Shown here one piece after another: positions 16,658-20,000 of a DNA stretch of 20,000 nucleotides. The DNA is taken from IMG/VR virus record IMGVR_UViG_3300001765_000140; one strand, given 5' to 3'. This DNA is from an uncultured virus (IMG/VR IMGVR_UViG_3300001765_000140) (lineage: Duplodnaviria > Heunggongvirae > Uroviricota > Caudoviricetes). Under the pieces are notes generated by a model. That model did no database searches. It was not told the origin of the DNA and was given only the letters and a program-made list of their open reading frames with translations. Made by a program: the position numbers and the translations under genes. Every line of letters starts with the position of its first letter. Positions within the stretch are counted from its first letter, which is position 1.

Positions 16658-16834
16658 CAGATATTACCGCTAGTGCGGTGATTATGGCGCATATTCTCCG
16701 CATTATGCCGTTTTCTGACTGAAATATGAGTCATTGTTGTGCCGGAGCGGCAGATAATGCATGATTGCTCGGACACTGCAAGCGTGCAGCCCAGGCTCAA
16801 TCCTGAAAAAAATCGTTACAAAAGATGTTGTTTA

Positions 16835-16866
16835 TTTGCTTTTCTCGCAAATTTTAGTTATCTTTG
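16835..16866 (+). promoter_or_regulatory. Bacteroidota promoter
   Basis: TTTG-N20-TATCTTTG. Confidence 0.85.
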
Positions 16867-16901
16867 TGCATTCATTCATTAACCCTTAAAACTTTTCAAT
16901 T

Positions 16902-17069
16902 ATGCCAGTAGCACAAGCAGAAATTTACGGATGTCCTTCATGCGAGGGAAACTTCGAAGCAACTCCAGTTCCAACAGTATGTCCGCTTTGTGGATATATA
17001 GACAGTCCTAACACTCCAGGATCGAAAGGTGGATTCTCTATCGGTGGCTTTGCTACCCCTTCGGTTTAG
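16902..17069 (+). CDS. small rubredoxin/Zn-ribbon protein (55 aa)
   Basis: Hand translation MPVAQAEIYGCPSCEGNFEATPVPTVCPLCGYIDSPNTPGSKGGFSIGGFATPSV; has its own promoter and terminator. Confidence 0.8.
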   Translation: MPVAQAEIYGCPSCEGNFEATPVPTVCPLCGYIDSPNTPGSKGGFSIGGFATPSV

Positions 17070-17082
17070 TCATTAATTTTTT

Positions 17083-17118
17083 AAAAAAAAAAAGAGAGTC
17101 TAGTTACTCTCTTTTTTT
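17083..17118 (+). terminator. bidirectional intrinsic terminator
   Basis: A-run, GAGAGT-CTAGTT-ACTCTC hairpin, T7. Confidence 0.8.
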
Positions 17119-17134
17119 ATTTATACTGATTCTA

Positions 17135-17166
17135 TTTGGAAATGTCAATTATTTTTCGTATGTTTG
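17135..17166 (+). promoter_or_regulatory. Bacteroidota promoter for the 3-gene operon
   Basis: TTTG-N20-TATGTTTG. Confidence 0.85.
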
Positions 17167-17189
17167 CAGTTCACTAATAAAATTTAATC

Positions 17190-17486
17190 ATGGCTAAAAC
17201 ACTAGACAACACCAACATCGATGATGTTAAAAAGGCAGTTTCTGACGTAAAAGTATTCGGAGACGGTAATTTATTTCAACTTCTAAGCAAAGCCAGCTCT
17301 AAGGAAGAGGGTTGGATGAAAAGCACTAAGGCTATGGAAATTACAGGAGTAGGATGCGTAGTTCAGATTACTACACAGCAGGGTGAAAATATTGCAGAAG
17401 CCCTCATTTTCGTGCCAAAAACAAGAATCATTCCGGTTTTGGATGAGGAAGGAGTCGTAGTTGGTCGCAGGCTAATCGGAGCTTAA
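17190..17486 (+). CDS. hypothetical phage protein (GWMKSTKAMEI motif)
   Basis: 98-aa ORF, first gene after the promoter. Confidence 0.85.
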   Translation: MAKTLDNTNIDDVKKAVSDVKVFGDGNLFQLLSKASSKEEGWMKSTKAMEITGVGCVVQITTQQGENIAEALIFVPKTRIIPVLDEEGVVVGRRLIGA

Positions 17487-17487
17487 T

Positions 17488-17772
17488 ATGACGAGAGATG
17501 AATCTATCAGGGTTATGGAGTTACTGGAAGGCGAAAGGCTGATAAACGTAACTTCCAATAAACAGCTGAGGGTTAATTTAGACGTTCAGCTTCAGATGCT
17601 AAAAGAACTGCCTGCTTCAAGGGAACGTAGCTTGGCAGTAACAAAGCTTCAGGAATGTATTATGTGGATTGGAATGGACTTGAAAAGGCTAGGAGAAGCT
17701 AATCCCTATCCAAATAGCTATAATCCGGAGAATTCAATTGTAGAACCTACAGCAGATGGAATGAAACTATGA
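17488..17772 (+). CDS. Acb2/Tad1-like helical-hairpin protein (candidate immune-signal sponge)
   Basis: SRERSLAVTKLQECIMW resembles the RExxxAxTKLEEAxMW motif of Tad1/Acb2-like proteins. Confidence 0.65.
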   Translation: MTRDESIRVMELLEGERLINVTSNKQLRVNLDVQLQMLKELPASRERSLAVTKLQECIMWIGMDLKRLGEANPYPNSYNPENSIVEPTADGMKL

Positions 17773-18158
17773 AAAAGAAAGTATTCATAATTTGTCCGGT
17801 TAGGTTAGCTAACTCGGAAACAGTTGGTAAATTGGAAGCGTATGCAAGAGGTCTTGAAGAGCTCGGATATGAAGTACACCTACCACATAGGGATACTCAG
17901 CAGGATCAGTCGGGACTCGATATTTGTTTACAGAACGCACACGCTATCTCTGCAGCAGATGAAATTCACATTTTCTATCGAGCCGAAAGTAGTGGCATTC
18001 ACTTCGACATGGGCGTAGCTTTTGCAATGGATATCATCTGTGGAAATAAAAAGGAAGTCGTTATTGTCGAAAATGAGATCGTTCTTCCTGGAAAATCTTT
18101 TCCAAGATTTCTTGAAGAGTGGAAAAATTTCAGAGTAGATATTGATTTAATCGATTAA
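17769..18158 (+). CDS. nucleoside 2-deoxyribosyltransferase-like (NDT/TIR-like fold) protein
   Basis: KVFIICPVR, GYEVHLPHRD, AISAADEIHIF and SSGIHFDMGVAFA; ATGA-coupled to the upstream gene. Confidence 0.75.
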   Translation: MKKKVFIICPVRLANSETVGKLEAYARGLEELGYEVHLPHRDTQQDQSGLDICLQNAHAISAADEIHIFYRAESSGIHFDMGVAFAMDIICGNKKEVVIVENEIVLPGKSFPRFLEEWKNFRVDIDLID

Positions 18159-18160
18159 TA

Positions 18161-18192
18161 TTTGTTTTATTGGAAAATTTTCACTATATTTG
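18161..18192 (+). promoter_or_regulatory. Bacteroidota promoter
   Basis: TTTG-N20-TATATTTG. Confidence 0.85.
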
Positions 18193-18196
18193 CAGA

Positions 18197-18314
18197 GCAA
18201 TTTTCAAAACCTTCAGCTAGCAGCTTAGTCTGCGGCTCATACGGACGAAGAGAGTAGTTCAAGGTGAGTAACAATATTTAGGGGCGGAAGTGCTGATAGC
18301 CGCCCCAACTTTTT
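18197..18314 (+). ncRNA. candidate ~115-nt small RNA
   Basis: Lies between the promoter and a GGGGCGG/CCGCCCC hairpin with T-tract; no ATG; multibranch fold. Confidence 0.5.
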
Positions 18315-18329
18315 AAAAACTAACTAATT

Positions 18330-18797
18330 ATGAAGCCAGGAGATAAGAAGAAGGCAATGTCTAGCAAAGCCAACCCGAAAGTAAATAAGGGAAAGCAAAT
18401 CAAAAAGACAGCTACAAAGAGTACTGCCGGATCGGATAGAGTTCTGATGAAGGTTGCAAGGGAAAGAGATCGTGCTGTTAAGTGGGGAAATAAACTAGTT
18501 GCTAAATCAGAGAAAAAAATAAGCAAACTTAGCTCCAAGCCATCGTCGGAGAGCACTAAGTCTCTAACAGTAAGCGCTAAGGAAGCTAAAGCATTTGGAT
18601 CAAGAGTTGCGTCGGATAGAGCTCATCCAACAAAGAGAAGCATAAATGCCGTTGCGGGAAGGGATCAGTCAGGAAAACTTAATGAAAGAAATAAAAGACA
18701 GACAACATCTCCAAATCCAGGCATAACAGCCAAGCAGCAGAGGTCTAATATATCTCAGGCTAAGAGAGTTAAAAAGGCTAACACGAAGAAGAAGTAG
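18330..18797 (+). CDS. highly basic K/S/A/R-rich protein (possible DNA-condensing protein)
   Basis: 155 aa, low complexity, strongly positively charged. Confidence 0.7.
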   Translation: MKPGDKKKAMSSKANPKVNKGKQIKKTATKSTAGSDRVLMKVARERDRAVKWGNKLVAKSEKKISKLSSKPSSESTKSLTVSAKEAKAFGSRVASDRAHPTKRSINAVAGRDQSGKLNERNKRQTTSPNPGITAKQQRSNISQAKRVKKANTKKK

Positions 18798-18825
18798 ATT
18801 AGAATCTGTATAAATAACACAAAAA

Positions 18826-18857
18826 TTTGCACATCTCATTTTTTTTGTGTATGTTTG
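18826..18857 (+). promoter_or_regulatory. Bacteroidota promoter
   Basis: TTTG-N20-TATGTTTG. Confidence 0.85.
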
Positions 18858-18880
18858 CAGAAACTAATAAAATTGAAATT

Positions 18881-19243
18881 ATGAAAAAGTTACTTGTCAT
18901 TTTAGCAATCATTTTAATGTCGATATCCGCAAACGCCCAAAGAGCAAGAGGCTCGTGGTTTGTGGGAGCAAAGGAGAGCACGGTTGGTATGTGGACTACT
19001 TCTGAACTAATTCCGGCATTAAGAATAGAAAAGCACGAGATCAGCATCAGCGGATGCAAATATGAGGTTCTGTACAGTAAGAAGTGTTTCCTGCGCAGAG
19101 AACATAATCTCATAATGGTCGATAATGTAAATCCTGAGTTAACAGCATCATTGTCAATACGTAAGATCGGTAATAATGAATATTACGTACTTTTAAGAGA
19201 CAATCAAAAGGGATTTCAAGCGCAGTATTTGTATAAATTATAA
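18881..19243 (+). CDS. secreted/periplasmic protein with a Sec signal peptide
   Basis: MKKLLVILAIILMSISANA|Q; ATG lies downstream of the promoter. Confidence 0.8.
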   Translation: MKKLLVILAIILMSISANAQRARGSWFVGAKESTVGMWTTSELIPALRIEKHEISISGCKYEVLYSKKCFLRREHNLIMVDNVNPELTASLSIRKIGNNEYYVLLRDNQKGFQAQYLYKL

Positions 19244-19263
19244 AGGATTCAGTTAAATAATAT

Positions 19264-19294
19264 AAGCCAACTGTATATCCGGTTGGCTTTTTTT
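19264..19294 (+). terminator. intrinsic terminator
   Basis: AGCCAACTG-TATATC-CGGTTGGCT plus T-tract. Confidence 0.8.
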
Positions 19295-19296
19295 AT

Positions 19297-19370
19297 GGGG
19301 TTGGAGCTCGGTTTGGTTGAGCAGGTGCTTTGCAAGCACAAGGTCGAGGGTTCGAATCCCTTCCTCTCCA
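19297..19370 (+). tRNA. tRNA-Ala(TGC), with acceptor-stem mismatches
   Basis: Cloverleaf; loop TTTGCAA; G3-U70; T-loop TTCGAAT. Confidence 0.85.
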
Positions 19371-19373
19371 CAT

Positions 19374-19577
19374 ATGTTAAGGATAAAGGTTTGTAGTTTT
19401 TTATCTAAGGAGCACTTGATTGGAGTAAATTTCAAGTGCTCGTATTGTGGCAAGTGGGTAGAAATTACACCGAATGGTGTTCAGCATTGTGGTCATAAGC
19501 ATACTATATGGAATTCTCTTGGAGAAATATTCCTTATATATTGCAGAGACGGAGGAATGAATGAATACATGTTTTAA
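19374..19577 (+). CDS. small Zn-finger-like protein (67 aa) within the tRNA cluster
   Basis: ATG at 19374; CSYC...CGH motif. Confidence 0.55.
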   Translation: MLRIKVCSFLSKEHLIGVNFKCSYCGKWVEITPNGVQHCGHKHTIWNSLGEIFLIYCRDGGMNEYMF

Positions 19578-19585
19578 AGAGTTTT

Positions 19586-19661
19586 AGCGGGGTAGGCAGA
19601 AGGTGGTTATTGCGCGGTCTCATAAGCCGTACCGTCGTGAGTTCGAGTCTCACCCCCGCTA
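19586..19661 (+). tRNA. tRNA-Met(CAT); fMet/Met/Ile2 identity unresolved
   Basis: AGCGGGG/CCCCGCT acceptor; loop CTCATAA; T-arm GTGAG-TTCGAGT-CTCAC. Confidence 0.88.
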
Positions 19662-19752
19662 CAATAGTACCTCGCCCGCTTCCCACGATCAGCGCGCTCA
19701 GGATAGAAGTAGTGCTGCAGCACGATGTCTTCAACGAGGTCTTTTGCATAAC

Positions 19753-19824
19753 TGCCCTGTAGTGTAATGGCTAACACACTGGACTTTGACTCCGGTAGTT
19801 TAAGTTCGAATCTTAGCGGGGCAA
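19753..19824 (+). tRNA. tRNA-Gln(TTG)
   Basis: TGCCCTG/CGGGGCA acceptor; CTGGA-CTTTGAC-TCCGG anticodon arm. Confidence 0.93.
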
Positions 19825-19834
19825 CAAAGAATAC

Positions 19835-19908
19835 GCTGCGTTGGTGAAGTTGGTTAACACACATGCCTTTCACGCATGGATTCAGGAGTTCGAGCCTCCT
19901 ACGCAGTA
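19835..19908 (+). tRNA. tRNA-Glu(TTC)
   Basis: GCTGCGT/ACGCAGT acceptor; CATGC-CTTTCAC-GCATG anticodon arm. Confidence 0.93.
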
Positions 19909-19921
19909 CTTAAAATATTAT

Positions 19922-19996
19922 ATGTCGTTTGTATTTTCAGTAATAATCATCCTTTATTTAATATATTTGGGGATTAGCAGTAATAAGAAGAAGTAA
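19922..19996 (+). CDS. 24-aa single-TM peptide
   Basis: MSFVFSVIIILYLIYLGISSNKKK. Confidence 0.45.
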   Translation: MSFVFSVIIILYLIYLGISSNKKK

Positions 19997-20000
19997 TGCT

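Noticed and set aside
19662..19752. Theta/HDV-like ribozyme 3' of a tRNA
   Set aside because: Could not assign P1, P3 and P1.1 in the required nested order by eye
18320..19873. Minus-strand ORFs in the right arm and the 19317 start
   Set aside because: Antisense to real genes or tRNAs; 19317 starts inside tRNA-Ala
1..20000. Stop-codon reassignment as in some crAss-like phages
   Set aside because: Long genes are open in code 11, TAG and TGA end genes at sensible positions, and no suppressor tRNA is seen
19969..20000. Start of another tRNA at GGGGATTAGC
   Set aside because: The following bases form no D-arm; better explained as part of the 24-aa ORF

Overview
This window is a fragment of a tailed dsDNA phage or prophage genome, most likely with a Bacteroidota host: six exact TTTG-N20/21-TAnnTTTG sigma promoters are present, plus AT-rich leaders without an obvious Shine-Dalgarno. 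It uses genetic code 11. The left arm (1-14225, minus strand) carries a replication/recombination module: T7 gp4/Twinkle-like primase-helicase, a Phg_2220_C initiator, a frameshifted DUF3127 SSB-like gene, a wHTH protein, a Cas4-like PD-(D/E)XK nuclease, an ERF annealase, a C5 methyltransferase and DUF932. Small early-type genes follow (L7/L12-CTD fusion, PRTase, WYL_2/Sm-like, GP88). A ~2.6 kb divergent non-coding hub (14230-16900) is dense in repeats. The right arm (plus strand) encodes a Zn-ribbon peptide, a 3-gene operon with an Acb2/Tad1-like protein and an NDT-like protein, a candidate sRNA, a basic protein, a secreted protein and a tRNA cluster (Ala, Met, Gln, Glu). The most notable observations are: (i) a 152-bp element present twice in inverted orientation (9651-9802 and 16399-16550) with covarying stems and a (TAGAA)n tail; (ii) structured RNAs ending in tRNA-like elements; (iii) six AACTA-N6-TAGTT palindromes and 22-bp iteron-like repeats; (iv) a candidate anti-immune-signal operon. 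Family assignments come from motif recognition by eye; no searches or folding computations were run.
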